Below, piece by piece: positions 1 through 9,868 of a stretch of DNA of 64,000 bases. A model generated the notes under the pieces. It worked only from the letters and a program-made list of their open reading frames with translations. It was not told the DNA's origin and did not search any database. The stretch's first letter is position 1. Every line of letters begins with the position of its first letter. The DNA is taken from the sequence record PZ402300.1; one strand, given 5' to 3'. This DNA comes from a phage. Position numbers and translations under genes: made by a program.

Positions 1-690
1 ATGAGTGAACTTACTAAGCAGCAGATTATTAATGCCTTACCAGCTAACTTCAAAAACAGTGTAACCCAGGAGTTGGTAGACACAATTAACAACATAACCC
101 AAGACCAACTGGTTGCTGAGTCCTTCCGTGAAAACTTTATCTCCTACTCTGGTGTAATGAAGGAAGGTAAGTTTAAGACTCAGGACTACATGAATGCAGT
201 TCAGTATGTGACTTACAAACACATGGGCTACTCAAATAAGGAAGCCTACTTCAAAACATTCCCTAACCGACAAGCAGAACTTGTAGCACGAGGAACCAGT
301 GAGAAAGATATTAGTGCTTATGTATCTGCTTACCACAGAGGTAAGCTAGTTAACCTCATCATGGAACAAAGTTTGGTTCCAGTGTGGATTGTGAACCAGG
401 ACAACTATCAGAAGGCAATCAACGTTCAGGTTGAACTGATGACTACAGCAGCAAGCGAGAAGGTAAGATGCGATGCAGCTAACTCTATCCTTACTCACTT
501 AGCTAAACCAAAAGATCAGGTAACAAATATCAATCTGGACTTGAGAGAAAACTCTGGATTGACTGACCTCAAGGCAACACTTGCTGCATTAGCTGAACAG
601 CAGATTAATGCAATCAATAGTGGTGTACCTACTAAAGAGGTTGCTGGTTCTAAACTAGTACGTGCAGATGAGGACATTACAGATGTCTGA
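1..690 (+). CDS. hypothetical protein immediately upstream of terminase large subunit; possible small terminase subunit (may extend upstream of window)
   Basis: 229-aa ORF starting at position 1; 3' end overlaps the terminase start by 8 nt; no diagnostic motif seen. Confidence 0.3.
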   Translation: MSELTKQQIINALPANFKNSVTQELVDTINNITQDQLVAESFRENFISYSGVMKEGKFKTQDYMNAVQYVTYKHMGYSNKEAYFKTFPNRQAELVARGTSEKDISAYVSAYHRGKLVNLIMEQSLVPVWIVNQDNYQKAINVQVELMTTAASEKVRCDAANSILTHLAKPKDQVTNINLDLRENSGLTDLKATLAALAEQQINAINSGVPTKEVAGSKLVRADEDITDV

Positions 691-2272
691 GTTAATTAAA
701 CAGGAACTTGATGAATGGCTAGACCAGGTGGATTACTCCCACCTTAATTCTTCTAACTATGTTCCTAGTCAGTTTGCTCTTACCTTTGCCAACTTTATTA
801 AGTTGGTTAATGGTAAAGAAGGTGAATCCAACAAAACACCACCAGTTCACCTGAAGATGCTGGATAAAATGATTAGCCCGAACCAGTATGTAGTTAATCT
901 GTGCTTCCGTGGAGCAGGTAAGACTGCTGTGTTCATGGAATACTTTACTTTGTTCCTGGCAGTATTCGGTCACTTACCAAGCCTGGGTAAAGTAGAAGGA
1001 ATGATTTACGTATCCGACTCAATGGATAACGGTGCTAAGTCTGCTCGTAAGAACATTGAGTTCCGTTACAAGAATAGTGAGTTCCTCCAGCAATGGATAC
1101 CTGAAGCTACCTTTACGGATAACCTACTGGAGTTTCGTAATGTAGAAGGGCATCGTCTAGGTGTTAAGCTGTTCGGTGCTAAAACAGGTCTTCGTGGTAC
1201 GAAGATATATGGTAAGCGTCCTACACTCTGTGTACTGGATGACTTGATTAGCGATGGTGATGCTAACTCCAAGACTAGCATGGAAGCTATTAAGGATACC
1301 GTCTATAAAGGTGTTAACCATGCTCTTGACCCAACCCGTCGTAAAGTAATATTCAATGGTACTCCCTTTAATAAGGAGGACATTATCATCGAAGCAGTAG
1401 AGTCTGGTGCATGGGATGTAAACGTATGGCCTGTATGTGAGAAGTTCCCTTGTAGTAGAGAAGAATTTCAGGGTGCATGGGACGACCGTTTCTCTTACGA
1501 CTATATCAAAGCTCAATACGATATGGCAGTTAAGACTGGTAAGCTGGCAGGCTTCTATCAGGAACTTATGCTACGTATTAGTTCTGAGGATGAGAGACTG
1601 GTTCAGGATAGCGAAATTAGGTGGTATAGCAGACAACAGCTATTAAGGATGAAGTCCTGCTATAACTATTACATTACAACCGACTTTGCTACTTCGGAGA
1701 AACAGACCAGTGACTACAGTGTCATATCAGTTTGGGCTTATAGTTCTAATGGAGATTGGTTCTGGGTTGATGGTGTGGCTAATCGTCAGCTTATGGATAA
1801 AAACTTTGATGACCTGTTCCGTCTGGTTCAAGAATACCAACCACAAAATGTTGGGGTCGAAATCACAGGTCAACAAGGTGGGTTCATTTCACTTCTTCAG
1901 AAGGAAATGATTAACCGTAATGTCTTCTTTAACTTTGCATCCTCCGAGGGTGGTAAGCCGGGTATCCGTCCTGTAACCTCTAAACTGTCACGTTTTAATC
2001 TGGTAGTTCCATGGTTCAAAGCTGGTAAGATGTACTTCCCGGAAGAGTTGAGAGATTCAACTATTATGGGTTTGTTCATGGGCCAAATTAAACTAGCTAC
2101 CATTAATGGAATCAAAGGTAAGGATGACTGTATTGATACTATCTCCATGCTGGGTTATCTCAATCCCTGGAAACCACAAGCAGGTATTACTCTGGTGGAT
2201 AACAAAGGTGACCCAATGTGGGATGATGAAGAAGAAGATAGTGTTAACCCACTTCGTTCATACATTGTGTGA
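683..2272 (+). CDS. terminase large subunit
   Basis: Walker A-like CFRGAGKT near N-terminus; acidic-residue-rich C-terminal half; position at head of structural module; start moved to ATG 683 behind GAGGA. Confidence 0.7.
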   Translation: MSELIKQELDEWLDQVDYSHLNSSNYVPSQFALTFANFIKLVNGKEGESNKTPPVHLKMLDKMISPNQYVVNLCFRGAGKTAVFMEYFTLFLAVFGHLPSLGKVEGMIYVSDSMDNGAKSARKNIEFRYKNSEFLQQWIPEATFTDNLLEFRNVEGHRLGVKLFGAKTGLRGTKIYGKRPTLCVLDDLISDGDANSKTSMEAIKDTVYKGVNHALDPTRRKVIFNGTPFNKEDIIIEAVESGAWDVNVWPVCEKFPCSREEFQGAWDDRFSYDYIKAQYDMAVKTGKLAGFYQELMLRISSEDERLVQDSEIRWYSRQQLLRMKSCYNYYITTDFATSEKQTSDYSVISVWAYSSNGDWFWVDGVANRQLMDKNFDDLFRLVQEYQPQNVGVEITGQQGGFISLLQKEMINRNVFFNFASSEGGKPGIRPVTSKLSRFNLVVPWFKAGKMYFPEELRDSTIMGLFMGQIKLATINGIKGKDDCIDTISMLGYLNPWKPQAGITLVDNKGDPMWDDEEEDSVNPLRSYIV

Positions 2273-2278
2273 GGAACC

Positions 2279-2989
2279 ATGCAAAAATTATCGGAAGTAT
2301 ATCGTGGCTTGGCACTAAGTACCTTAAAAGGTACTGGTGCAGTCACTGATAACAGATTAGATATTGAACCGGATAGTAAGCCAGAAATATTGGCTGCTAT
2401 TAATGAGGGGCTGGTACGTCTGCATAGTCGTTTCCCTCTTAGGACTAATAACTGCATTGTGGAAATGAAGGAAGGTCGTACTGATTATCCCCTTCAATCC
2501 AAATATGCTTACTCCAGATTTACTAAGCCTACTCTTGAGATTCAATATCCATACATCATGGATGGGTTCATGAAACCTTTCCAGGATGATGTTATTAAAA
2601 TCTTAAATGTGTTTGATAACTCAGGGAATCGACGTAGACTGAACGACGATTCAGACCCTCATGCAATCTTCACCCCAAGACCGGATACTATTCAGTGTAT
2701 GCGACCTCGACACTTCGAGGCACTTAACGTAACTTATCAAGCTAAGCACCCAGTGCTTACGGGTGACGAAGAACAGGAAGTTGATTTAGCAGATACGCTA
2801 ATGACAGCACTTCATAACTGGGTGGGTTATCGTTACCACACTGGTTTGAATACTCCAGAGGCTAATGCTAAGGCAGCAGAGTATCTGCAAACGTATGAAA
2901 GCATCTGTGGTGAGGTTGTTGATTACGACCTGGCTAATGGAAGTATTTCAATTACCGAAACTAAATTTGAACAACGAGGATGGCGATGA
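2279..2989 (+). CDS. virion structural protein (hypothetical)
   Basis: 236-aa ORF with GAGGA upstream, between terminase and tail genes. Confidence 0.4.
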   Translation: MQKLSEVYRGLALSTLKGTGAVTDNRLDIEPDSKPEILAAINEGLVRLHSRFPLRTNNCIVEMKEGRTDYPLQSKYAYSRFTKPTLEIQYPYIMDGFMKPFQDDVIKILNVFDNSGNRRRLNDDSDPHAIFTPRPDTIQCMRPRHFEALNVTYQAKHPVLTGDEEQEVDLADTLMTALHNWVGYRYHTGLNTPEANAKAAEYLQTYESICGEVVDYDLANGSISITETKFEQRGWR

Positions 2990-5724
2990 ACGCACATACC
3001 CCCTTTGATGCAAATCAGGATTGGTCCAATCCTTACTGCCAGAACAGTTCCAATGACCCAATGGTAGATGCACTACTTGGTAATGCTTACCATGTGGTTC
3101 GAACTGTTTACTGTAACCTGGGTAACCTTAAACTCATTTATGATTTCTTGAATAAATATGGAATGGTGTTAGGTGTTCAATCAGAAACTGAACTGAAGGC
3201 CATGCCTACCCGTGCATCTTATGTACGACTATATGGTTTTGATAACACCAATAAGAGAGTTGTTACAGACTATCTGTATGTAGATGGTGATCGTACAGGT
3301 GTAATCCCGGATGACCCTTCCGCTACTGGTTCCTGGATTCTGGTTGCCACTTCTAATTCAGATAGTGGTGGAGATGATGGCGAAGGTAAAGCATCACCAC
3401 CATACATTCCATACTCATATAATAATGGTTCTGCTATTGGTGGTGAAACCACTATACCAGTACCTGCTGGTACGGTTGGCGTACCGATGATTGTAATTGA
3501 TGGCTATACCAACTTAGTTGGTTATGGTTTTACTTACGATGCATCTACACTAACTGTTTCTCTGGCTCAACCATTGGAACCTGGTGATGAAGTACATCTG
3601 TTCTTGACTGGTACTCCAGCAGTTCCTAATAACCCTAATGTGTCTGATTGGGTTCAGATCAACTGGTTGTACAACGGTGGGTATGCTTCAGGTGGTGAGC
3701 AAGTAATTGCTATTCCTTACACATTTGAGTCAGTACCGGCTATCTATAAGAATGGAGAACGTTACTACGCAGGTTTAGCAGATAAGTCTTATGCAGTTGA
3801 TGCTGCTAACCAACGTATCCTTTTAACGGAACCATTGGAAACTAACGACCGTCTGATTATCACGATTGGTGGTGAGTCTACTACTCTGGTCATGTCTGAC
3901 CGTACTGTACAAGAAGTAGCACGCTCAACCAATGTTAAGGATTCAGAAGTAATTCTTAGCTCTAATACTTCCCAATACCTCAATGGTATGAAGGTAGTGT
4001 ATGACGTAGTATCTCAAAAGAGTTATGGTTTACCTTCATTGCCTACTAACGTCTATATCAATAAAGTAGAGAATGGTCAGTTAACTTATTCACCAGGTAA
4101 TACTACTGTTGACCTGTTACCTGTTCCTGATTCCGGTAAAGAAGTAAAAGATTTACTAGCAAGCACTAATGGTGCGAACAGTGTAGTAACTACTTCTGGA
4201 GATACTGTACAAGAATATATTAATAATTATATTCGTGTATTTCCTACAGTTGCAGCCGTACAGTCAGCTACGAATGTTCATGTAGGTGATACTATTCGAG
4301 TTCGGGCTTATCATGCTGGTGTTCCTTTCTCTGGTGCAGAGTGGGTTAAAACTTCTGAGATAGCTGCAATCAATCAGCATCCTGTTAACTTACAACGCTT
4401 AGCATTCACCGATAATCAGGGGTATGTGTACACACTGGTACAAGACCCAATGGCTGGTATTAACATTGAACAGATTGGTGGTCGCCCTTACAATTCTGCT
4501 GATTTACCAGGTTGTGATACTTCTGCTTTGTGGCTAGCTTTGCTTAACTACAAGCGTACTATTCCAACAAGTCGCTTAACAATTAACTTACCAGCAAGGG
4601 AATACTACTCATCTAAGGGCATCCCTGTATATCAATGGACTACTGTACGTTCTTCTGGAAAGTTTGATACTCAATTCAGAATTGGTAAAGGTTTATGGAC
4701 TGAGGCTGAGATACCTCCTACTGGCTTTTCCGGTGCTAACACATTCTGGAGTACTAAATCTTTCCATTTCTCCATTGTGCATCCAGAAAATATTCATGCT
4801 TCTAATGTTAAACTAGAGGGCATTGATTTCGTTACTAATGCCGGGGAATCAACTGATTATGGGCTGTATTTCCCATACTTTAATGACGTTATTGTCAGCA
4901 ATGTTCGTAACATCGGGCAGGATATTGGCTTATACTACATCAATGGTTACTCCAGTATTTTCCATCGACACTTATCTACTGCACGGACTAATACTCCAAC
5001 TACTGCTGGTAGTTGGAGTGTTCGTTGCGTAGAACGTGTAGTTGGTGGTGGATGTGGTACAAGTATAATTTTTTCCCAATGTGGACATACCGACTATATT
5101 TTAGGTTGGTCTTTAACTGGCATGACTTATACCCACCTAGACACCTGTTATACAGAAGGCACTAAGTCTGAAGTTGTTGGTAACTTTATCGATTGCCCTG
5201 ATTTGGTAATTACCAGTTATGGTATCGAACGATTAACTTCAGCAAGAACAGCAGCATTAATTAAAATTACTAATGGTTCTGTAGTAATTAATGGTATTAA
5301 TGCTGCATACGCCGTTAATGCTAATAATAATACTTTCTTACATATTGATGGTAACTGTAAGTTTTCTGTTAATGGGTTAGATATGAAATATCTAGTCAAT
5401 GGTCCTACCACTGGCTTAATTTATACTAGCTCTAGTGCAGAAGGTTTCATCAGCCCGGTCGTTTACCCTACTACAGGTACATATGCAAACATCCTAGGTG
5501 CTAACACATTTATGCTGGGTACTGGTGGTAACGTTACCCCACAGACTGCAAGTGCTGCTGCTGCTAACTTCAACTCCCTAACTGATGCTATAAACACAGT
5601 TGGTAAGTTCCAGGGCAAAGGGATTTATGATCGTACACTGGGGTGTGTAGTGTACGCGTCTGATTCTACTCCTGAATCAGTATGGCGAAATGGTACTGGT
5701 GCTGTTGCTTATACCCCAGCTTAA
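2980..5724 (+). CDS. tail protein (tail fibre or tube-like), 914 aa
   Basis: Large Gly/Ser/Thr-rich ORF in tail module; followed by a hairpin at 5731-5748. Confidence 0.45.
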   Translation: MAMNAHTPFDANQDWSNPYCQNSSNDPMVDALLGNAYHVVRTVYCNLGNLKLIYDFLNKYGMVLGVQSETELKAMPTRASYVRLYGFDNTNKRVVTDYLYVDGDRTGVIPDDPSATGSWILVATSNSDSGGDDGEGKASPPYIPYSYNNGSAIGGETTIPVPAGTVGVPMIVIDGYTNLVGYGFTYDASTLTVSLAQPLEPGDEVHLFLTGTPAVPNNPNVSDWVQINWLYNGGYASGGEQVIAIPYTFESVPAIYKNGERYYAGLADKSYAVDAANQRILLTEPLETNDRLIITIGGESTTLVMSDRTVQEVARSTNVKDSEVILSSNTSQYLNGMKVVYDVVSQKSYGLPSLPTNVYINKVENGQLTYSPGNTTVDLLPVPDSGKEVKDLLASTNGANSVVTTSGDTVQEYINNYIRVFPTVAAVQSATNVHVGDTIRVRAYHAGVPFSGAEWVKTSEIAAINQHPVNLQRLAFTDNQGYVYTLVQDPMAGINIEQIGGRPYNSADLPGCDTSALWLALLNYKRTIPTSRLTINLPAREYYSSKGIPVYQWTTVRSSGKFDTQFRIGKGLWTEAEIPPTGFSGANTFWSTKSFHFSIVHPENIHASNVKLEGIDFVTNAGESTDYGLYFPYFNDVIVSNVRNIGQDIGLYYINGYSSIFHRHLSTARTNTPTTAGSWSVRCVERVVGGGCGTSIIFSQCGHTDYILGWSLTGMTYTHLDTCYTEGTKSEVVGNFIDCPDLVITSYGIERLTSARTAALIKITNGSVVINGINAAYAVNANNNTFLHIDGNCKFSVNGLDMKYLVNGPTTGLIYTSSSAEGFISPVVYPTTGTYANILGANTFMLGTGGNVTPQTASAAAANFNSLTDAINTVGKFQGKGIYDRTLGCVVYASDSTPESVWRNGTGAVAYTPA

Positions 5725-5730
5725 TACCAA

Positions 5731-5748
5731 GCCCCTCTCCGGAGGGGC
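5731..5748 (+). terminator. GC-rich hairpin after tail gene, terminator-like
   Basis: gcccctc-tccg-gaggggc inverted repeat immediately after stop codon; weak U-tract. Confidence 0.35.
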
Positions 5749-5774
5749 ATTACATAGAATAAAACGAGGTACGT

Positions 5775-7226
5775 ATGAAAGACATGTTTGCTCAAGGTGG
5801 TTCTGGTTCTGTTGGAATCAAAACCAATAAACAAGCTATAGCTAGACACTTTGGTGTTAAGCAATCTGATGTTGTTTATTTCTCTCCCGGTGTTCCCCTT
5901 ACCGGTTACAAAGTTATCTATGACAAAGAATCACAGAGGGCTTACTCATTACCCACCGACATTGGTTCAGGGGTGACTGCTGTAAGCCTTAGCAAACAGG
6001 CTGTCCTGGTTCATTCAGCAGGTACAGTTGATTTGGGGGAACTGGCTGCTACACGAAGAGAGTTTGTGAGCTTATCCGACTCGTTTGCTACTGGTTTGGT
6101 AGTAAATACCCGAAATGAGCTTTTGATGCATAATGGTATAGGATATACCTACTTAGGTGCTCTACCGGTAACAATTACCGCAGGAACTAACCCTGTTGGT
6201 AACTCTGATTGGAAACCGCAGACAGACCCTAATTTAAGGGGAGAGTTATCTACATATGGCATTGGCACTGGTTCTCAGATGGTGGATGGTTTGGCAGTAG
6301 AGTCACTTAACCTAACCTCACCACAGACTAACATAACCCCCCTTGGGCGACATGCGTTAGGTAAAAATGCTAGTGGTCTGGGTATGATGTATCGGGTAGT
6401 GGAATCAGCCGAAGCTTCAGCTGACGGTACTGTCGTCATAGACCGTACAGACGGCAATAAGTTGGTACTTAACATCACTGATTCAATTGATGTTCGGTTT
6501 TTTGCTAACGGTATGAGAACTGATCAGCAAATTCTACAGGCGGCATTAGACTATGCAGGTAGTGTTGCTGGATTCTGTGAAGTTAAGATAACTCCAAAAA
6601 ATTTAAATGGGGATCCATGGGTATTTTCCGGGCTTCATATTGGGCCAAAAACTATATTAAGTGGTGCAGGTGGCTGGCTTAAGTTTGCCGATAACATCTG
6701 TACCAATGCCTCTACATCATATTACCTCATCGAGAATTTTGACTCAGATGACGTGCACATAAGAAACCTCTACATAGACGGAAACCAGGTTAACAATACC
6801 CAGTATCTGGTGGCTGACATCCTTACATTTGGTGGCAATAGGTGTTCACTTACAAATGTATCTTTAGTTAATGCTCCCGATTCTGGATTAATGTTCGCTA
6901 CAACTAAGAACTGCTGGGTTAATGGCCTCTATGTAGAAAACACCCGTGACCTCGGAATCTATTTATCTGCTGGTGTAGTTGGTGGTACACGTAACTGTGC
7001 TATGTCCAATCTGGTGTTACGTAACTGCGCTCATGGAGCTATGGGGTTCAAACGCTATGTTGCTGATATTATTGTGGATAATGTTATAGCTACAAACTGC
7101 GGCAATGGAATAACGTTTGAAGGGTTTGAATCGGAAACCCCAGGCATGAACCCATCTAACATCACTATGAGTAACATACGCCTTCGTGATATTGGTTTCG
7201 GTTACAGAAGCGTAAGTGCGGCTTGA
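5775..7226 (+). CDS. tailspike-like protein with right-handed beta-helix repeats, N-terminal fragment truncated by a frameshifting duplication
   Basis: Repeated N-x-x-(V/I)-x-N/G-C motifs typical of pectate-lyase-like beta-helix; good RBS GAGGT; premature TGA created at 7224-7226. Confidence 0.6.
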   Translation: MKDMFAQGGSGSVGIKTNKQAIARHFGVKQSDVVYFSPGVPLTGYKVIYDKESQRAYSLPTDIGSGVTAVSLSKQAVLVHSAGTVDLGELAATRREFVSLSDSFATGLVVNTRNELLMHNGIGYTYLGALPVTITAGTNPVGNSDWKPQTDPNLRGELSTYGIGTGSQMVDGLAVESLNLTSPQTNITPLGRHALGKNASGLGMMYRVVESAEASADGTVVIDRTDGNKLVLNITDSIDVRFFANGMRTDQQILQAALDYAGSVAGFCEVKITPKNLNGDPWVFSGLHIGPKTILSGAGGWLKFADNICTNASTSYYLIENFDSDDVHIRNLYIDGNQVNNTQYLVADILTFGGNRCSLTNVSLVNAPDSGLMFATTKNCWVNGLYVENTRDLGIYLSAGVVGGTRNCAMSNLVLRNCAHGAMGFKRYVADIIVDNVIATNCGNGITFEGFESETPGMNPSNITMSNIRLRDIGFGYRSVSAA

Positions 7227-7300
7227 ACCCATCTAACATCACTATGAGTAACATACGCCTTCGTGATATTGGTTTCGGTTACAGAAGCGTAAGTGCGGCT
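7147..7300 (+). repeat. perfect 77-bp tandem direct duplication (7147-7223 and 7224-7300) inside the tailspike gene
   Basis: Two identical adjacent 77-nt copies read directly from the sequence; 77 is not a multiple of 3. Confidence 0.9.
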
Positions 7301-7936
7301 GAACGAGCTATCAGTTTCAACTACGCCAGTGGTATTCGTATCAATAACCTAAGTGTTCAGAATTGCTCTGGAGTTGGTATATTCTTTGGTGCTAATACCA
7401 ATACCGGCATTTTTATTAATGGTGCAAATTTAACTGGGTATGCTTCTAACCCACAAATAGCAACAAGTGGTGTACCGAACAATGATGGCATCCAATGCAA
7501 TGGTGCATCAGGATTTGAGCTTGTAAACGTTAACCTGGAAGGTTTCGCTAGATATGCTGCGTACTTCTTAAATTGCAGCAACGGTAGTGTGATCGGTGGT
7601 CGTTGGACTAATGCCCAGGCTAGCGGATATAATGCGTACAACGGCGCACGTGTAAATGCAGCCTGTAGTTTCACTAAGTTTACACCTGAGTTTATTAGTG
7701 GTGTTAGTGGCACGGATCTAGAGTGGTTTAACGGTGCAACGGGGATCACTAAAGATTTTATCTTAAACAATGCTACAGGACCGGCTAAGTATGGGTACGT
7801 CGCGGTATCTGGCCCTACCCCTGTAGCTACAGTAATACCCCGCTTCATAGGGCAAGAAGTATGGAGTATCAGCGCTAACTCATGGTGGAAGTCCCATGGC
7901 CTAACCTCCTCTGATTGGAAACAGATATCTAACTAA
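7223..7936 (+). pseudogene. C-terminal part of the same tailspike gene, out of frame because of the 77-bp duplication; only a TTG start in the ORF track
   Basis: Begins with the same 26 residues that end the upstream ORF; removing one repeat copy gives a single 694-aa ORF 5775-7936. Confidence 0.6.
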
Positions 7937-7937
7937 G

Positions 7938-7962
7938 CTAAGCCCCCAATTCGGGGGCTTTT
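7938..7962 (+). terminator. rho-independent terminator
   Basis: gccccc-aattc-gggggc hairpin followed by TTTT. Confidence 0.75.
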
Positions 7963-8179
7963 CTTATATAGAGTTTACTGTTTGCATTACCCTAACGGAT
8001 ACTGCTGTTAGGGTAATTACTTGCCCAAAGATATTAAGCATACCTAACTGAATACCATTCCCCATGGATTGATGCCAGACACTATGTCTGGATGTACCTC
8101 ATCATACTAAGTATTATCTAGGAGTCATCTTATGATATGACCCTATTGGGGACTCTAACTACACAACTACGGTAATATT

Positions 8180-8509
8180 ATGAATGAATCTGGTGAACTG
8201 CTCCTAGTCAGACTGGAGGAACGATTGAAGACTCTGTTTGAGAACCAGACAAGGGAAAGACAGGACCGTGAGAAACTGGAGGAAACTCTGGTAGAACTAC
8301 GGGATTCAATCAATGACATAGGTAATAGATTAAAGAATGTGGAGGATAGCTTAGCTAAGAATGAACCTACTATTGAAGAGTTCATTACCATTAAGCATAA
8401 AGTTGTTGGTGCTGGAATTTTCGGTAAGTGGGTGTGGGCTGGGGCAGGTGCAATTATTGGTGTATTGGCTGCTGCAAGACGGGAGATATTCGCATGGTTC
8501 GCAGGCTAA
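8180..8509 (+). CDS. coiled-coil protein with C-terminal transmembrane helix, first gene of lysis cluster
   Basis: Charged heptad-like N-terminal region, C-terminal hydrophobic GAGAIIGVLAAA segment. Confidence 0.4.
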   Translation: MNESGELLLVRLEERLKTLFENQTRERQDREKLEETLVELRDSINDIGNRLKNVEDSLAKNEPTIEEFITIKHKVVGAGIFGKWVWAGAGAIIGVLAAARREIFAWFAG

Positions 8510-8754
8510 AAAGAAAGGTAGAGTTAGTACCTAACTGGAAAAGATGCTGGAAATGGGCATCCATTCAGATTAGTACACTTGGTTTAATTATGTTTTCTGC
8601 CATAGATATCATACAGCCAATGATGACAGGATTACCTCGTCACATCCTGGAAGATATCCCCCATGGTTCCAATATTGCAATTGCACTGTTTGCCTTAAAT
8701 ATTGTAGGCAGATTAATACGTTTCCGACCAAAGGAAGATTCACATGAAAGCTAA
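8494..8754 (+). CDS. putative holin (two predicted TM helices)
   Basis: 86 aa with two hydrophobic segments; GGGAGA RBS before ATG 8494; directly precedes endolysin. Confidence 0.45.
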   Translation: MVRRLKRKVELVPNWKRCWKWASIQISTLGLIMFSAIDIIQPMMTGLPRHILEDIPHGSNIAIALFALNIVGRLIRFRPKEDSHES

Positions 8755-9379
8755 ACAGAAACTTGCTGCGAAAGGTGGTGCAGTGGGAGGAGTTGTCGCT
8801 GCTATCCTGGGGGCAGTGTTTTATATGGAAGGGGGTTATGTAAACAATCCTCGTGACCCAGGTGGGGAAACTAATCATGGTATTACTCAATCAGTTGCTA
8901 AGACTCATAAAGAAGTACTAGCTACTGAATACGGTTGGGATGGTTCTATGAAAGGTTTATCTAAAGAGATGGCTGCTGAGATATACATTGATGACTACGT
9001 ACTTAAGCCTAACTTCGTAGCCTTTGCTGATATATCTCCTGCTGTAACACACAAGCTGGTAGATGCTGGTGTTAACACTGGTGTAACCCGTCCTGCTAAG
9101 TGGTTGCAGTTATCTCTTAATGAGATGTCCCGTAATGGCAAAGACTACCCTAAAATACAGGTTGATGGTAAAGTCGGTACAAGTACTGTTAATGCATATA
9201 AAGCATTACAGAAAAAACGAGGCAAAGTTGCAGCATGTCAGGTAATGATTAAGTTACTTGATGCCAAACAACTGAACCACTACACCTCATTAAACATGCC
9301 AGACTTTACGTATGGTTGGGTAGCTAACCGAATAGGCAATGTGCCACTGGAGGCATGTAATGAAGATGCTAATCACTAA
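8744..9379 (+). CDS. endolysin, GH108-type N-acetylmuramidase with N-terminal signal-anchor (SAR-like) and C-terminal peptidoglycan-binding region
   Basis: EGGYVNNPRDPGGETNHGIT motif characteristic of GH108; hydrophobic N-terminus GGAVGGVVAAILGAVF. Confidence 0.7.
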   Translation: MKAKQKLAAKGGAVGGVVAAILGAVFYMEGGYVNNPRDPGGETNHGITQSVAKTHKEVLATEYGWDGSMKGLSKEMAAEIYIDDYVLKPNFVAFADISPAVTHKLVDAGVNTGVTRPAKWLQLSLNEMSRNGKDYPKIQVDGKVGTSTVNAYKALQKKRGKVAACQVMIKLLDAKQLNHYTSLNMPDFTYGWVANRIGNVPLEACNEDANH

Positions 9380-9866
9380 GGGTTGGCCTTATCTTCTGGT
9401 GGTGGTCCTAGGGGCCACCATTTACTTTTGGGGAAATTCCAATGGGCAGTCTACTGTTCAAAAGAAATGGGATGACCAAAAGGTTGAAGATCAGAAGGCA
9501 ATACAAAAAATACAGGACAAATACAATGCTCTCCAAAGAAACCATAGTTATGAAGTCGGGTTACTCACTTCCCGGTTGCAGACGGCTGAGAGTAATTACG
9601 CAAGCGAGCTTGCTCGCGTTAGCAGTGATTATGACAGCCGGATGCAACAGTCTGAAAGACGAGCATCGGTATATAAACGTCAAGCCGAAGCCGGAACCTT
9701 TGAGTGCAGAAGTCTTGCAAGCCATGCAGCCAGACTCGACAACAGTCTTGAAGAAGGCAGACGTTTGGTTGAAGAACTCAGGGCAACTGTTAGACTCCGT
9801 GACAGCCAACTAATTGAGTTGGGTAAACAGATTCAGGCTGACCGTAAACTTTTTGAACAGGAATAA
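9360..9866 (+). CDS. i-spanin (Rz-like)
   Basis: N-terminal TM helix followed by long charged coiled-coil region; GGAGG RBS before ATG 9360; follows endolysin. Confidence 0.55.
   Translation: MKMLITKGWPYLLVVVLGATIYFWGNSNGQSTVQKKWDDQKVEDQKAIQKIQDKYNALQRNHSYEVGLLTSRLQTAESNYASELARVSSDYDSRMQQSERRASVYKRQAEAGTFECRSLASHAARLDNSLEEGRRLVEELRATVRLRDSQLIELGKQIQADRKLFEQE
9550..9813 (+). CDS. o-spanin (Rz1-like lipoprotein) embedded in +1 frame inside the i-spanin gene; start uncertain (ORF track 9442)
   Basis: Lipobox-like LAVIMTAGC followed by Pro-rich sequence; fully embedded in another frame. Confidence 0.5.
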   Translation: MKSGYSLPGCRRLRVITQASLLALAVIMTAGCNSLKDEHRYINVKPKPEPLSAEVLQAMQPDSTTVLKKADVWLKNSGQLLDSVTAN

Positions 9867-9868
9867 CT

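Noticed and set aside
7223-7936. Independent gene starting with TTG at 7223
   Set aside because: No RBS; its first 26 residues duplicate the end of the upstream ORF because of the 77-bp tandem repeat, so it is the displaced C-terminal part of one gene.
8021-8050. Possible sigma70-like promoter (TTGCCC ... TAACTG) upstream of the lysis cluster
   Set aside because: The -10 match is poor; cannot be supported from sequence alone.
8428-8493. N-terminal extension of the holin-like ORF (MGVGWGRCNYWCIGCC...)
   Set aside because: This Cys/Trp-rich stretch is the alternative frame of the upstream gene's TM segment; ATG 8494 has a GGGAGA RBS.
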